Part shown: in pieces, positions 29,852 through 44,511 of the stretch | Position numbering within the stretch: position 1 is the stretch's first letter | How the letters are laid out: each line of letters begins with the position of its first letter | From: Eledone cirrhosa | Lineage: Eukaryota | NCBI GenBank assembly: GCA_964016885.1 | Contig: OZ024749.1 | Location: 31,558,001 to 31,622,000, forward strand | Reading direction: 5' to 3' | Length of the DNA: 64,000 nucleotides | Notes under the pieces: generated by a model | What the model saw: only the letters and a program-made list of their open reading frames with translations | Databases searched by the model: none | What the model was told of the DNA's origin: nothing | Position numbers and translations under genes: made by a program

Positions 29852-30411
29852 CAGTTTTGGTCCCCAATAAAAGTATATGTAGAATACGTCAAGATATATA
29901 TATATATATGTAGAAGTTCTATTTAAATTGTTGGGATACAACAAACAAATATTTTTATAACTGATATAAAGCACTCAACAAATTATTGGAGTAAAATTAC
30001 GATATATTAACAAATGGAAACTATATTTATAAAACCATATTTATTTCATTATACATATTTCAAGGACACCAAGTTAAATTATGGTGTGCTTTCATCAGAT
30101 AAAATATAATATAGATCAGTTTTATAAATAAATATTGACATGCCCTTAAAGAATGCGACCATTTCTGTTGGAAGCTCACTATCCGGGAGCTTCCAACAGA
30201 AATGGTCGCATTCTTTAAGGGTATGTCAATATTTATTTATAAAACTGCTCTATATTGTATTTTATCTCATGAAAGCACACCATAATTTAACTTGGTGTCC
30301 TTGAAATATGTATAATGAAATAAATATGGTTTTATAAATATAGTTTCCATTTGTTAATGTATCGTATATATTGACGTATTCTATATATACTTTTACTGGG
30401 GACCAAAACTA
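29852..30411. mobile_element. Family C fold-back element with a hammerhead in each arm, nested in a second inverted pair
   Basis: Arms about 30000-30177 / 30187-30365. Outer inverted pair 29852-29898 / 30367-30411. One-sided tail at about 29910-29998. Confidence 0.8.
30042..30106 (-). ncRNA. Type I hammerhead, family C, intact; mirror copy on + at 30258-30322 has CTCATGA
   Basis: tattttat-CTGATGA-aagcacacca...tggtgtcctt-GAAA-tatgta-TA-atgaaata. 8-bp stem I. Confidence 0.8.
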
Positions 30412-30414
30412 CTT

Positions 30415-30538
<124 letters not shown>

Positions 30539-30887
30539 AATATCTTATATATATTACATTCAAAATTATGGATATCATGTTTGAGATAATATCGAGCATA
30601 TGTCCTGTCTGCCAAAATCAACTCATAGAAAAAGTTCAAAAAATAAATCCAAGCATTTAATCATTATAAAATAATGAATATATATATATATGAGTCCTGA
30701 ATTAGCCGTCGAAACGGTTTGAGCTCTGCCGTCGGGGTCATACCTTTTCCCATCACCAACTCTACTACCCTAAGTATTGAGTACTCTGGTGCGTTATGGT
30801 CCACCTGGTTCCTTACCACATTTCCCTCGTTATAGATATATATATATATATTATATATATATATATATTATATATATTATATAGATA

Positions 30888-31251
30888 TATTTCTTTATTA
30901 GCCACAGGGGCACAAAAGAAGGGGACAAATACAAAGGGGGAAGTTTACATACAATAAAAACGTGTAAAATGTTATCACAGATGGAACTTAAAAGTTAGTC
31001 GATTTTCCCCAATAGAGGGAGACAGTTTATATGGGTAACACATACCCCCGAAAAAAAATGTGCAACCCTCATCTCCAGGAGTACGAAGAGCTTGTACTCC
31101 TTTCCTCTCCTCCTCCTTTTCCTCAACCTACAGGCTGATATAGAGAGAAGGCCCATTCACTCGGGCCATTCTCGCCACTTTCACCCACCTTTCATAAAAC
31201 TTGCTGGGGTACAGCACCTCTCTCTCCATCCTGATTCTTCTTCCAAAATGG

Positions 31252-31292
<41 letters not shown>

Positions 31293-31429
31293 TATTTCTT
31301 TATTAGCCACAGGGGCACAAAAGAAGGGGACAAATACAAAGGGGGGAAGTTTACATACAATAAAAACGTGTAAAATGTTATCACAGATGGAATTTAAAAG
31401 TTAGTCGATTTTCCCCAATAGAGGGAGAC

Positions 31430-31481
<52 letters not shown>

Positions 31482-31618
31482 TTCTTTATTTACCATAAAG
31501 GCATAAAAAGAAGGGACAAATACAAAGGGGGAGTTTACATATAATCGAGTAAAAAGGGTGTAACATGAAAATAATCGAAAATAACCTCAAAAGGGAGGCG
31601 ACGTGATGGGGGTTGCAC

Positions 31619-31620
<2 letters not shown>
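30888..31620 (-). mobile_element. Three tandem 3' fragments of the Tx1/L1 family separated by (GATA)n
   Basis: 30888-31252 encodes HFGRRIRMEREVL...ARVNGPSL, nearly identical to the end of the 49609 element. 3'-end repeats at 31293-31430 and 31481-31620. Confidence 0.8.
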
Positions 31621-31702
<82 letters not shown>

Positions 31703-32140
31703 GTATTCTACATAGACGCTTATAGGGAACCAAAACCGCGTTATATATATATATATACATATATATATACGGGCATGGACTAATATATTTTGTGGCATTT
31801 TTTCTCTCTCTGTCTCTCTTATTTTTGTTTCTCAATTTTAACGGGTAATAAATACCTTTTCCGTGATTGTCATGTTTTATAGGATCTACATACACAGATG
31901 CTTAAATATATATGAGAAAAAGGGAGATACCCCCCCCCCCCACCCCATATCACCGGCACGGTCATATAGCTCCCCAAAAGGAGTAATGATATTAAATATG
32001 TGTTAACTAATAGAGGCTTAATTGGAGAGAAATGGCGACGAAGTGCTTCAGGCTATGGACAAAAACTTCAAGGGGATCGCTTATGGGAAAGTTAAAGTGA
32101 TGTCAACGGATTAAACACGCACACATATATATATATACAT

Positions 32141-32176
<36 letters not shown>

Positions 32177-32193
32177 GGATATATATATATATA

Positions 32194-32225
<32 letters not shown>

Positions 32226-32228
32226 CAT

Positions 32229-32310
<82 letters not shown>

Positions 32311-32312
32311 CC

Positions 32313-32451
<139 letters not shown>

Positions 32452-32478
32452 CATATATATATGTATATATATACATGG

Positions 32479-32510
<32 letters not shown>

Positions 32511-33031
32511 ATGTGTGTGTCTGTGTATGCGTGTGTGCATCAATATTTGTTCATATATATATAGAGAGATTTATATATATATATATATGTGTGTGTGTAT
32601 ACCCATATTTGTTTATATATATATATAGAGATTTATATATATATATATGTGTGTATACCCATATTTGTTTATATATATATATTTATATATTAGGGTGGTG
32701 TTAACTAAATTAATATGGATTCTAACAGGGCTAGGAGGACAGGAGTGGCTTGTGGCTGTGGAGGGGTCATTGGGTTATGCAGTGTTGTATAGTTTACGGT
32801 GTGAACATTGTCAGACCTTGACCTTTGGATAGATCAGTGACATGTGGGTAATAAGGTAGTGTGTGAGTGTGTATGTGGGTGGGGAAAGACCATTAGCCTG
32901 TCTTTTCTGGGTGAAATTTGTTCTTATCATTTTATTGATAAATTTAGAAGCCGAATGATAACGGTAAATGAGCATGGTAGATAGAACTAGCAAAGAAAAG
33001 ACCAATGGAAACAAACAAACATACACACACA

Positions 33032-33145
<114 letters not shown>

Positions 33146-33252
33146 TATATATATATTTTATTAAGGCTTAATAAAAATAATATTTAAACTCTTTTTCGGT
33201 ATTGAGAACTTTTTCTCTCGGCATCATCTACATATAGATATATGTATATATA

Positions 33253-33314
<62 letters not shown>

Positions 33315-33450
33315 TAGATAGATATAGATATATATTTATTAAAATAACAGATTAAAGTTTAAGCAAAGAATCGCTGCTTTCACCCTTAACGTATATATAT
33401 TTATCCTTATCGAGCCCTCTTTGGATTTTAGTCTTCAAATTTATTATTAT

Positions 33451-33554
<104 letters not shown>

Positions 33555-33858
33555 TAGCGAGGTTTTTTTATATGAACTCGTGTGTCGAAACAAATATTGT
33601 TATACTTGCAACGAAAGATTTATGTAAATCATTTAAACTATATATATGTGTTTGTGTCTATATTGTATCTGTATTATTTTTGACCGTCGGTCAGTCAATG
33701 GCAACATTGAGGACCGATTAAGTTAGATCGCAGATATAAAAGACAGCGAGAAGCGAAAACCAACCAAACAGTGAGTGTGTTCTGTTATTAATTCTGGCAA
33801 TATTACACAAATATGACCCTCCCCAAGTATAAAAATATATATATATATATATATATAT

Positions 33859-34342
33859 GCAAAAGTTCTATTTAAATTGTTGGGATACAACAAGCAAATA
33901 TTTTTATAACTTATATAAAACACTCGACAAATATATTAATAAATGGAAACTATATTTATAAAACCATATTTATTTCATTATATATATTTCAAGGATACCA
34001 AGTTACATTATCGTATGCCTTCATCAAACAAAATACAATATATAACAGTTTTATAAATAAACATTGATGTACCTTTCTTTTCTCCACGTTTCTCTCTCTC
34101 TCTCCATCTTTTTACTTACTCTTAACACTATGACTTACTAAAGTAAACAAACCACTATCCTGATGGCCTCCAAAAGCAACGGTCAATTTTTAAAAGGGTA
34201 CGTCAATGTCTATTTATAAAACTGTTATATATTGTATTTTGTCTGATGAAGGCATACCATAATGTAACTTGGTATCCTTGAAATATATATAATGAAATAA
34301 ATATGGTTTTATAAATATAGTTTCCATTTATTAATATCGTAT
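33859..34342. mobile_element. Family C fold-back element
   Basis: Tail gcaaaagttctatttaaattgttggg..., arms about 33933-34075 / 34196-34340, (TA)n flanks. Confidence 0.78.
34235..34299 (+). ncRNA. Type I hammerhead, family C, intact; mirror copy on - at 33971-34035 has TTGATGA
   Basis: tattttgt-CTGATGA-aggcatacca...tggtatcctt-GAAA-tatata-TA-atgaaata. Confidence 0.8.
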
Positions 34343-34345
34343 ATA

Positions 34346-34514
<169 letters not shown>

Positions 34515-35771
34515 ATTTGTGTGTGAGTGTGTTTCCATCGGTCTTTTTTTTTGCTAAATCTATCTACCATAAAACTCTTGTCAGAAAGAGGTCGGTATTT
34601 GAACTGAGAGGGTACAGATCAGGATCGGATATTGGCAATCATCTTTAAAGTCTCTTTTAATCTACCTGACCTGGACTAGTAAATTATTTGTAGACCCTCG
34701 AATGTATAAATGGCAAAGTTAACTTGAGCGGGATATGACCTCAAAGAGCAGAGGATCGGAGCATATACTGGCAGAAAATAGATAAAAGAATGGAAGAAGG
34801 AAACGAAAATAGAAAGAAAGAAACAAACATGGAAAGAAAAAAGAAAGAAAGAATGAAGGAACAAAGGAAGCAAAGAACGAAAGAAAGAAAATATAAATTC
34901 AACGTCAAAGCAGATTGCAAAATATGAGCCCCCTAAATTCTAGAAAAATCTTAATTTTTCATTTCCCTTCAACCCTGAAGCGTAAAAATGATCACCGACG
35001 GTCATATCTTAGACTATCACCATTGAAATACACACACAAACACATATATACACACACACATGGACACACACACAAACACACACACACACACAAAAACGCA
35101 CACACACACACACACACAAACGCACACGTGCATACAAACGCACACACACTCATGCAGTTATATTACACTCAATTATACAACAATTCACAAACCTTGCCTT
35201 GTCGTATTGATCAAGGAACAAAGGCAATCTATCCGCAGGCAAGACAAGATTTTCAAGTAGAAGTAATTTTACTAAACACTATAAACTACACATTATATCC
35301 GGTCACCGGAAGTTAAACCTCATCTGAATTTTCGTTTTCCTTTTCGTTTTAGAAATCTCCTATAGTTACAAACATGTCTGCCATTATTTCCTTTTAAACT
35401 CATTAAGTTTTCTATCTTCAACGATTTGTACTGAATTAAGTGTCGATGGAATTTTTGTTGATATAAATACGACAAAGAAACTGTAAGACAACCGACTAAG
35501 TTTGACCCCAGGTCAAATAATCGAAATCAAGTGTTTATCGTTAAGTGTTTAGGTTTAGGTTTGTATTTCTGCATATATTTATTTTTAAATAAACAGTTTT
35601 TATTAGTATTCTTCTTAAATAAACGAAAGATACAAAAGGAAAAAGTTAAGAGTAAACACACATATATATGAATAAATATATATACATACATATACATCAT
35701 ACATTGTGTGCTCAAACTGGTTAACCAATGGTAACTTAGTTACACACCAATACACTATATATTTATATATA

Positions 35772-35817
<46 letters not shown>

Positions 35818-35888
35818 CATAGATGCATATATACATATATTTATACATAATTATATGGATATATACATACTTATATATATATATATAT

Positions 35889-35972
<84 letters not shown>

Positions 35973-36321
35973 AAAAGAATGAAATGATATGAAATTTCTC
36001 ACTCTTAGTACGGGTGATACTTAAATGTAAGTATGTATACGTAGATACATATATGTATACAGACGTACAGTAGTATGTATATATATATACATACATGCAC
36101 ACATATATATATATGTACGCATGGGTTTACCGAACATTTATTAAAATGTTCGGTTTCTTTGTAAACAAACATATATATATATATATATATATGCAAAAGT
36201 TTTATTTAAAATGTTGGGTTACAACGAGTAAATATTTTATAACTGATATAAAAGCACTCAACAGATTTTGGAGTATTTTACGATATTAAACAAATGGAAA
36301 TTACATTTATAAAACCATATT

Positions 36322-36386
36322 TATTTCATTATATATATTTCAGGAATATCATATTAAAATATGGTATGCCTTCTTCAGACAAAATA
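36322..36386 (-). ncRNA. Type I hammerhead, family C, sense to dsf intron 4
   Basis: Reverse complement reads tattttgt-CTGAAGA-aggcatacc...-GAAA-tatata-TA-atgaaata. Confidence 0.72.
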
Positions 36387-36526
36387 CAATATATAGACAG
36401 TTTTATAAATAAATTTGACATACCTTAGAGTTTACAAGTTCCATTTTACTACCGTAACAACTTTTTAAATGGAAGTTGTAAACTCTAAGGTATGTCAAAT
36501 TTATTTATAAAACTGTCTATATATTG

Positions 36527-36591
36527 TATTTTGTCTGAAGAAGGCATACCATATTTTAATATGATATCCCTGAAATATATATAATGAAATA
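36527..36591 (+). ncRNA. Type I hammerhead, family C, right arm
   Basis: tattttgt-CTGAAGA-aggcataccatattttaatatgatatccct-GAAA-tatata-TA-atgaaata. Confidence 0.72.
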
Positions 36592-36631
36592 AATATGGTT
36601 TTATAAATGTAATTTCCATTTGTTTAATATC

Positions 36632-36700
<69 letters not shown>

Positions 36701-37159
36701 CAGTGCTAGCGACACCATAGAGTCCAACTAGGTAGCATCGCTGGTGTGTGTGTAAACCTCATAGAGCTGCGCTACGGAAACTTAAAGAATTACAATTTTA
36801 CACCCATGTATATAATTCAACAAAATATAGAATAATTTATAGCGATTTGCAGGTTGCATATATCACATGATTTACCGTGATTTTGAAATGTTTAGTCGAA
36901 AATGCAGACTTAATAATATTTAAGTATGGTCAGAAAGAGAAGTGTCAGAAAGAGGATACTTCAGTTTACCAAACTCGAAGTTGTAATGATTTTATTTAAG
37001 TGAATTCATCATACATTGTAAGGATAGCCTTACAATGCATTTTATACCAAGGCCCTGAATCTGTATATGGATGTTAACGAATGTTAGGAGCGAAATCTCC
37101 AGAACTAAATAACCAAGACATAAAATATTTACATCTTCATTATAACTATCAAGTCACAA

Positions 37160-37210
<51 letters not shown>

Positions 37211-37623
37211 CGAAGGAAATGTGGTAAGGAACCAGGTGGACCATAACGCAGACAGAATTAGCCGTCTAAACGGCTTGAGCTCAGCCGTCGGGGTCTTACT
37301 TGTTCCCATATATATATATATATATAAATGTAATCTGAGATTTTCAAATATTAATAATTGTTTCTACGTTAGGCACAAGGCCAGCAAATTACCCAGTGTA
37401 TTACTGGTACTTTATTTTATCGACCCCGTAAGGATGAAAGGCAAAGTTAACCTCGGCGGGATTTGAACTCAGAATGGCAAGGGCTGTAACTCTATGCGTC
37501 AAAGCATGGCGTCCGACCCTCTACCAATACTGCCAATCCACCGCCTATCGAATATTAATAATAACATTCGATTCGTTTGCAATTATGAAAACAAGCCTCA
37601 ATGTTATAACCATGTCAGTAGAA

Positions 37624-37682
<59 letters not shown>

Positions 37683-37685
<3 letters not shown>

Positions 37686-37833
37686 TATTTCTGAAGACGG
37701 CGTATATATGTGTTAGGTATGTATATTTAATCTTGATAATTTGTATAATTTTGTATAATTTTGTACATAGATCTGTTGAATATGCATACCAATTATAACA
37801 CATATATACCCTAGAAACGATTGTTAAATAATG
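37683..37833 (+). ncRNA. Type I hammerhead with about 116-nt extended stem II
   Basis: cattattt-CTGAAGA-[gtatatatgtgtta/taacacatatatac and ggtatgtatatttaa/ttgaatatgcatacc pairings]-GAAA-cgattg-TT-aaataatg. Perfect 8-bp stem I. Confidence 0.72.
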
Positions 37834-38020
37834 AAATTTTTTTGTTTAATATAAGGAATTGTTTATTCATTATTTGTTTAATATTTTATCTTGACTCTGT
37901 ATACCGTTTGTCTTTCACCGAAAGTGGATTTTCATTGCATCTCTTCTTTCCATGATATCCGGAATACATTGAGTTCTTCATACGGATTGGACACTACCGT
38001 AAACTCTTGGTAGATTTATC

Positions 38021-38115
<95 letters not shown>

Positions 38116-38309
38116 CAGATGGATACAATGAGAAAACCCTTTATGTCTTCATATTCGGATATTAACATTGCTTTTTATATACAATGACATTTATAAATAA
38201 ATATATATGCATGGATACATATATATACATATACACACATATATATATACATATATACATACATGCATATATATATATATATTTATATGTATACATGTAT
38301 ATATCTACG

Positions 38310-38420
<111 letters not shown>

Positions 38421-38432
38421 GTATACATATAT

Positions 38433-38465
<33 letters not shown>

Positions 38466-38611
38466 AACAATACTATCATATTATGCAGTATTATAGTAAT
38501 GATTGATGTTACTCAGTCCATTCGTTTCTCATACGTAATTGTTGCATATCTCTTTACATTGCATGGGGTATAATCTAGAGATAATATAAACTCCATTATC
38601 ATAGACATATA

Positions 38612-38655
<44 letters not shown>

Positions 38656-38672
38656 TGTATATATATATATGT

Positions 38673-38725
<53 letters not shown>

Positions 38726-38883
38726 TGTATAGATATATATATATAGAGATGTATGGATGAATGAATGTATATATGTATACAAAGTATATCTTAAAGATAC
38801 AACAATCAGAGATAGATCGATTTTTAGCAAAATGACTCTTCACTTACATCAATAAGTTTTACGCGCACCCAGCTATATCTGTG

Positions 38884-38960
<77 letters not shown>

Positions 38961-39468
38961 GTGTGTCTGTGGATGTGTGTGTATATATATATATACATCC
39001 CATGCGCATAAATATATATATATATATATTTATATATGTGTGTATATATTTATATAGATATGTATATGAGTGTGTGTGTTTGTGGGAATGTAGATACATC
39101 CCATGTGCATATATATAGAGTACCTCTTCAGGCATTCATAAGAAGAAAGAAAAATAGATTTATAGTAGATGTCAGGAAATGAAGAAATGAAGAAATTAGT
39201 CAAATGAGAAACCTAAAGCTATGAGATAAAAGTAAAAGTTCACTTGTAAATGAAGTAAATGAAGGGTATCGGGTGCACTTAATGCACAGACACATATGTA
39301 TACACACACATATATATATATATATATACATATTTATAGGGGAAGAGAAAGAGATTGTGGGTGAAATAGCTACTTATGATATATATAGGGAAAAAGAAAG
39401 CGGAAGAGACAGTGGCAAAGGGTGGGATAGCTACATATAATGATATATATATATATATATATGTATGT

Positions 39469-39516
<48 letters not shown>

Positions 39517-40905
39517 AGAGAGAGGCAGAGAGAGAGAGGGAGAGAAAGAGAGCGTAAGAGAGAGAAAGACCTAGGGTGCGTTAGCTATCAATCTCTCTAT
39601 CTAGAGAGGTAGATTGAGGATTAGACTGTAAAACACTAATGCACCCAAGAGAGAGAGAGAAAGAGAGAAAGAGAGGGTGAGAGAGAGAGGGGGAGAGAGA
39701 AAGACCTAGGGTGCATTAGCTATTAATCTCTCCATCTAGACAGATAGATTGAGCATTAGACTGTAAAACACTAACGCACCCAAATGCATAACATAGACAT
39801 TTTCGAAATCAATTCTTTAATGCATATATACAACTGAACCGACATGTATTTAAAGAGATTTCTATGTAGTAAAGACAAATTCCAATGCTAATACATATAT
39901 ATATAAATATACTTGTGTGTATGTATGTCTATGTATGTATATATGTATAGAAATAATCGGGCTGGATACCGATCGCGTGGTTAAACCACTGGGACTGAAG
40001 GACCCTTAGCCTTTGTCAGGACATTCTTCTAATAGAAGGCAACTCAGGAAACTGGTATAACTCCGACATAAAACCTGCGGCTCAGTAGTTACCGATGATG
40101 TTGATTTTTTCTTCTTTTCGGGTTATAGAGTAGGATTGGCTGAGTGCACGTCTTTCCTCACAGACATTGCACGATAGCATTAATTGATAATTATTAATAA
40201 TGTTATATCGTGCAATGGCCATACTCGATAACGAGGGGGCAGCCATCATCATGTATGTATTTATGTATGTATATTGAGACAAAGGTCCGACCGTGTACCT
40301 TGCCATTACAGCTTGTTATCTGGCAGGCTTCTTCAGAGGGAGGGACTGTTGTTTTGTAAAAATATAAATCATTTTCTGGGGGTTATGTGGAAATAAGTCA
40401 TGTTTTCATGTCACTGGGCATTTGCTGGCCTGTTCAGAGTAACTGTAGTTATTGGTCAGTTGATGTTTTCATAAGGTCGTGTTAGAGATATTGTGAGTTG
40501 TCCGCTAAGAATTGATGACTATTTATCAGAAAATAATTGTTTCTACTTTTGACACAAGGCCAGCAATTACCCAGTACATTACTGGTACTTTATTTTATCG
40601 ATCCCGTAAGGATGAAAAGCAAAGTTAACCTCGGCGGGATTTGAACTCAGAATGGAAAAGGCCGTAACTCTTGGAGTCATGGCATCTGACCCTCTACCGA
40701 TACTGCCAATCCACCGCCTTTATCAAAAAATAATAAACAATTAACAGATTCTGTAGCCGGCCTTATAGCTGTCAGTGGAAATACCTAATCAGATGGGCCC
40801 TATATTAAAAAGAAAACAGGTATCTGTTGGACTCAGTTCACCACAGGAAACATAAGACTGCCAATTCCACACTTTAAGACCATTATGAGGGTTTATCAAG
40901 CTTAC

Positions 40906-41279
40906 CTGATCAGATGGAGCCAGTACTGAAAATGCAGGTATCTGTTTGACCCAGTTCACCACAGCAAACAGAACTCGTGCCGTTACTTCTTGTATGACTT
41001 CTTTGTTGATTCGGATTGGTGGACTAGAGAAAGCTGACGGTGTGATATGTTGTAACCAATCAACAACTAGACCTGCTCCCGGTTCACGGTCGAGAAGATA
41101 AAGTCTGTTAATTGGACCATGTTGGTATTGTACTGCACTTAGAGTTGACGTTGGTGGAGGTGGGTAATTGCCGAAACTGAAATCTATTGGTTGCTCATTC
41201 ATAGGTATTTGTTTTGTACTTTCTGGTTGGTCAGTTGGTTTCGGTTTGGGTTTCCGAGGTCCTCTTTCGTGTTGTACAG
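40906..41279 (-). CDS. dsf: Exon 4, T-box/hinge and LBD helices 3-4 (AVQHERGPRKPK...VNWVKQIPAFSVLAPSDQ)
   Basis: tacag|CT acceptor, CAG|gtaag donor, 374 nt. Contains AVQHERGPR and the start of the LBD signature F..L...DQ. Confidence 0.93.
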
Positions 41280-41502
41280 CTGTAGTTGAAAATAAAAGTA
41301 AAATTTACTGTCAGATTAAGCATGTAGTGAAAGTAAGACATTGTATGCATGTAAGATATTGTATGCATTTATTGTATGCATGTTACGCAGTTCCAAATAT
41401 TGTAGTTTTGAATATATGCGAGGGTCGGCTGAAAAAGGGGACACTCTGTTTAACACCACCTCTTGGTTATTTAAAGGTATCCACACAGTTAAACCTATTC
41501 TT

Positions 41503-41539
<37 letters not shown>

Positions 41540-41869
41540 GTGTGAGCAGGGATGTGAGAGGGTGAGAAGGAAAGAGTGAATGAGAGGGAGGGAGAGAGAG
41601 ACAGAGAAGAGAGGGAAAAGAGGAAAGACATGAAAAGTATATTCTTTCTAAAAATGACAAGGATAATGATAGAGGTCGTGATAGAGAGATAGCTTGTTGA
41701 CTTTCTGCCTCAATCAGAAACGCTTATTATCTTTTGATTGCAAATACCACTAATTAAGTTATGTGTAGTTGTGGACTTCTATTTCTATATATATGAAGGA
41801 AATATTACTGCAACCCGCTACCTAGACATGGCCAGCACACGTCTATGAGGATGAGCTGAAACTTTCATA

Positions 41870-42320
41870 AGTTGACTATGAAGGAATGATGCTAGAGCTG
41901 TAAAATCTTGCATGGATTAATTTCAACTCTTCTTATTAATAAGTGCTTTGTTTCTTTTCAGAAACAAACCTCATTTGGTCATTCTATAAGAGTATCCTGG
42001 TCAGTCTATGATGGCGTGAAGCTAGAGCTTTTTAAATCATACATGCATTAATTTCAACTCTTCTTATTAAAAACTGCTTTCTTTCTTTCCAGGGACTCTG
42101 TTGAAAAATAAACCTCATTTGGTCATTCCAAGAGCGTAACTTTGTCAGCTTATAAAGGAGTGATGCTAGAGCTGTGAAATCTTGCATGCATAAATTTCAA
42201 ATCTTCTTATTAATAAATGCAATGTTAAACTATGTTAAACTATGTTAAAAAATAAGCCACATTTGGTCATTCCAAGAGTGTATCTTGGTCAGCATATGAA
42301 CGCTTCAGCTGACCCTCGTA
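41870..42320. repeat. Diverged tandem repeat of about 145 bp x3, with dispersed copies at 57160-57365 and 57598-57722
   Basis: Recurring gatgctagagctgtgaaatcttgcatgcattaatttcaactcttcttattaa...aaacctcatttggtcattcc and ttcagc[c/t]gaccctcgta. Confidence 0.75.
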
Positions 42321-42354
42321 TATATGAGTTTCTTATTACAATTATCTCCCTTAC

Positions 42355-42516
42355 CGTCTTTATTCATTTCGGCTTCAAAACATTTCTTTAGTCGACAAGC
42401 TCTACACTGGTTACGATGTGTCTTATCTATTGGACACTTTCCTTTCAGTTCACCCTGGGCTTTACACGTATACACACGGTTTCTATGGATGCTTCTTTTG
42501 AAAAAACCCGAACAAC
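42355..42516 (-). CDS. dsf: Exon 3, rest of DBD ([53 protein letters not shown])
   Basis: ttag| acceptor, G|gtaagg donor, 162 nt. RSIHRNR and the extended D-box [11 protein letters not shown] are dsf-like rather than tll/TLX or PNR-like. Confidence 0.95.
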
Positions 42517-42577
42517 CTAAAAAATAATAATGTATATTAATGATAATACTAACAACAATAACAACAACTACAATAAT

Positions 42578-43160
42578 GATTTCTTTATTAACCACAAGGG
42601 TTTACATAAAGTAGACATTAAGGACAGTGCAGGACAATACAGGACGGTACTAATGGGCATTTCTGCGTGTAAAAAACAAAAACAGAGGATGTAACAAAAA
42701 AATAACAATGAAAAATTCCCCAATAGGGGGGAGACTTCGGAGGGACATTTGTGGAGAAAGCCCAGTAAAAGGCCACAGTGACCCTGACGACCAAGGCAAG
42801 TGCCCTCTCCCAGTTTTCCACCTTTAATTTACATATACGTACTCAGAGTAAGCCCATTCACTAGGGCCATTCTTGCTTCTCTCACCCATCTTTCAACAAA
42901 ATGCTGGGAAGAGAGAACTTCCCTCTCTACACTGATTTTCCTTTTCAAATGAAATTTGAAAAAGTCAATCAGGGCATCACCGAAGAGGTAAGTGTTCGTC
43001 TTCAGCCCTTTCAAACGTGTCCACCATACTATCTCTTTCGCCATGGCCACCAGACAGATAAAAACTGCCTGCCCTTCCCGGCTAAAGGAAGAGGGCGGGG
43101 AAATCCTCACGATGGACTCAGCTGATAGCCGGATCCGTCCTACACGCGACAGCAGTGTTC

Positions 43161-43162
<2 letters not shown>
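42578..43162 (-). mobile_element. Tx1/L1-clade LINE 3' fragment, second subfamily, in (ATT)n
   Basis: LLSRVGRIRLSAESIV...WWTRLKGL...RWVREARMALVNG, homologous to the 49609 ORF. The same 3' end occurs at about 14480-14575 and 25746-25770. Another diverged fragment at about 45240-45520. Confidence 0.85.
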
Positions 43163-43206
<44 letters not shown>

Positions 43207-43209
<3 letters not shown>

Positions 43210-43393
43210 TGTTTCTACTTTAGGCACAAGGCCAGCAATTACCCAGTGCATTACTGGTACTTTATTTTATCGACCCCGTAAGGATGAAAGGCAAAGTCAA
43301 CCTCGGCGGGATTTGAACTCAGATCGTAAAGGGACGTAACTATGCTGGAAAACATGGCGTCCGACCCTCTACCGATATTGCCAATCCACCGCC
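43207..43393 (-). mobile_element. tRNA-SINE copy in (TAA)n
   Basis: Reverse complement of the consensus. Other - copies at 27458-27523, 37356-37545, 40535-40718, 44553-44660, 46149-46336, 53418-53645, 55573-55758, 57722-57862, 58075-58262. Diverged relatives near 28430-28490 and 58905-59060. Confidence 0.85.
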
Positions 43394-43419
43394 CTTCATA
43401 ATAATAATAATAATAATAA

Positions 43420-44097
43420 ACGAAGTGGCTGAAACACCATATTTACAAGGAGTAGGCTAGCCCACTGTGCAGGATCTGTGGCTCACATTGTATCCGAGTG
43501 TAAACACCTAGCCCAGACTCACTATAAAGGCTGGAGACATGATGTGATGGGCAGGGTGATCCACTGGCACCTATGCAAAGTAAACAATTTACTACATTCT
43601 GAGAAGTGGTATGAGTATAAGCCAGAGTCGGTGATAGAAAACGATCAGGTGAAGGTGCTATGGGATTTTAGTATACAGACGGACAAGAAACTGGAACACA
43701 ATAGACCTGACCTGGTGGTTTTGGACAAGGAAAAAAGATCGTGCCTGATTGTGGATGTGGCCTGCCCATTCGACACGAGAGTGCAAGAGAAGGAGAGGGA
43801 TAAAATTAACCGATACCAGGACTTAAAGTGGGAGGTAAAAAGGATTTGGAACTGCCATGAAGACAAAGTGGTCCCGATTGTCATAGGCGCACTAGGTACT
43901 ATCTCAAAAGGTTTCCAGGGATGGTTAAAGAAAATTGGCCCCGCCCCGCTTTTTGGAACACTTCAAAAGGCATGGTTGCTGGGAACAGCAAGAACTCTCC
44001 GATACGTACTGAATATCTGAGGCTGCAGGTAGTGGCTTGATATTCATTTCAACAAATTTTCCAGTTAACTAACATCAATGACTGAGACTCAAAGAGT
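43420..44097 (+). mobile_element. Restriction-like-endonuclease non-LTR retrotransposon 3' fragment (R4/Dong-like) in (TAA)n
   Basis: Partial CCHC (CRI..HIVSEC), RHD, NRPDLV, IVDVA, K..RY..L, VPIVIGALG. (TAA)n flanks. Confidence 0.85.
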
Positions 44098-44120
44098 AAT
44101 AACAACAATAATAATAATAA

Positions 44121-44511
44121 TAGACAAGAATGTATCTATAAAAACATTTGAAACATTGAGCAAGTATAAGGACCTGGAGATAGAAATTGGAAAAATGTGG
44201 AAATTGAGAACTAAAACAATACCAGTGGTTGTAGGCGCTCTAGGAATGATACCTAAGGTGTCTAATGATTACTTATCGCAAATCCCAGGAAACCCGCGTA
44301 TAGGAGAAATACAAAAGATAGTACTAATGGGAACTGCCCATATACGAAGGAAGATTCTGTCAATATAAGTACATCACAAGTCTAAAGACTAAAGATGCAT
44401 GTGTGAATATGTATGTTCTTTCTTGAACATGGCGGACCTTGTTGTCTCTTGAGGTCACTGGTTGTGACTTGGTGATAACTCGTATGAACATAAAGCAAGA
44501 TAAATGCAGCT

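Larger units (their letters stand above)
36193..36634. mobile_element. Family C fold-back element
   Basis: Same tail, arms about 36279-36444 / 36469-36634, (TA)n flanks. Confidence 0.8.

Noticed and set aside
39955-40090. GC-richer island possibly an RTE 5' UTR with an HDV-like ribozyme
   Set aside because: I could not build the nested double pseudoknot by eye.
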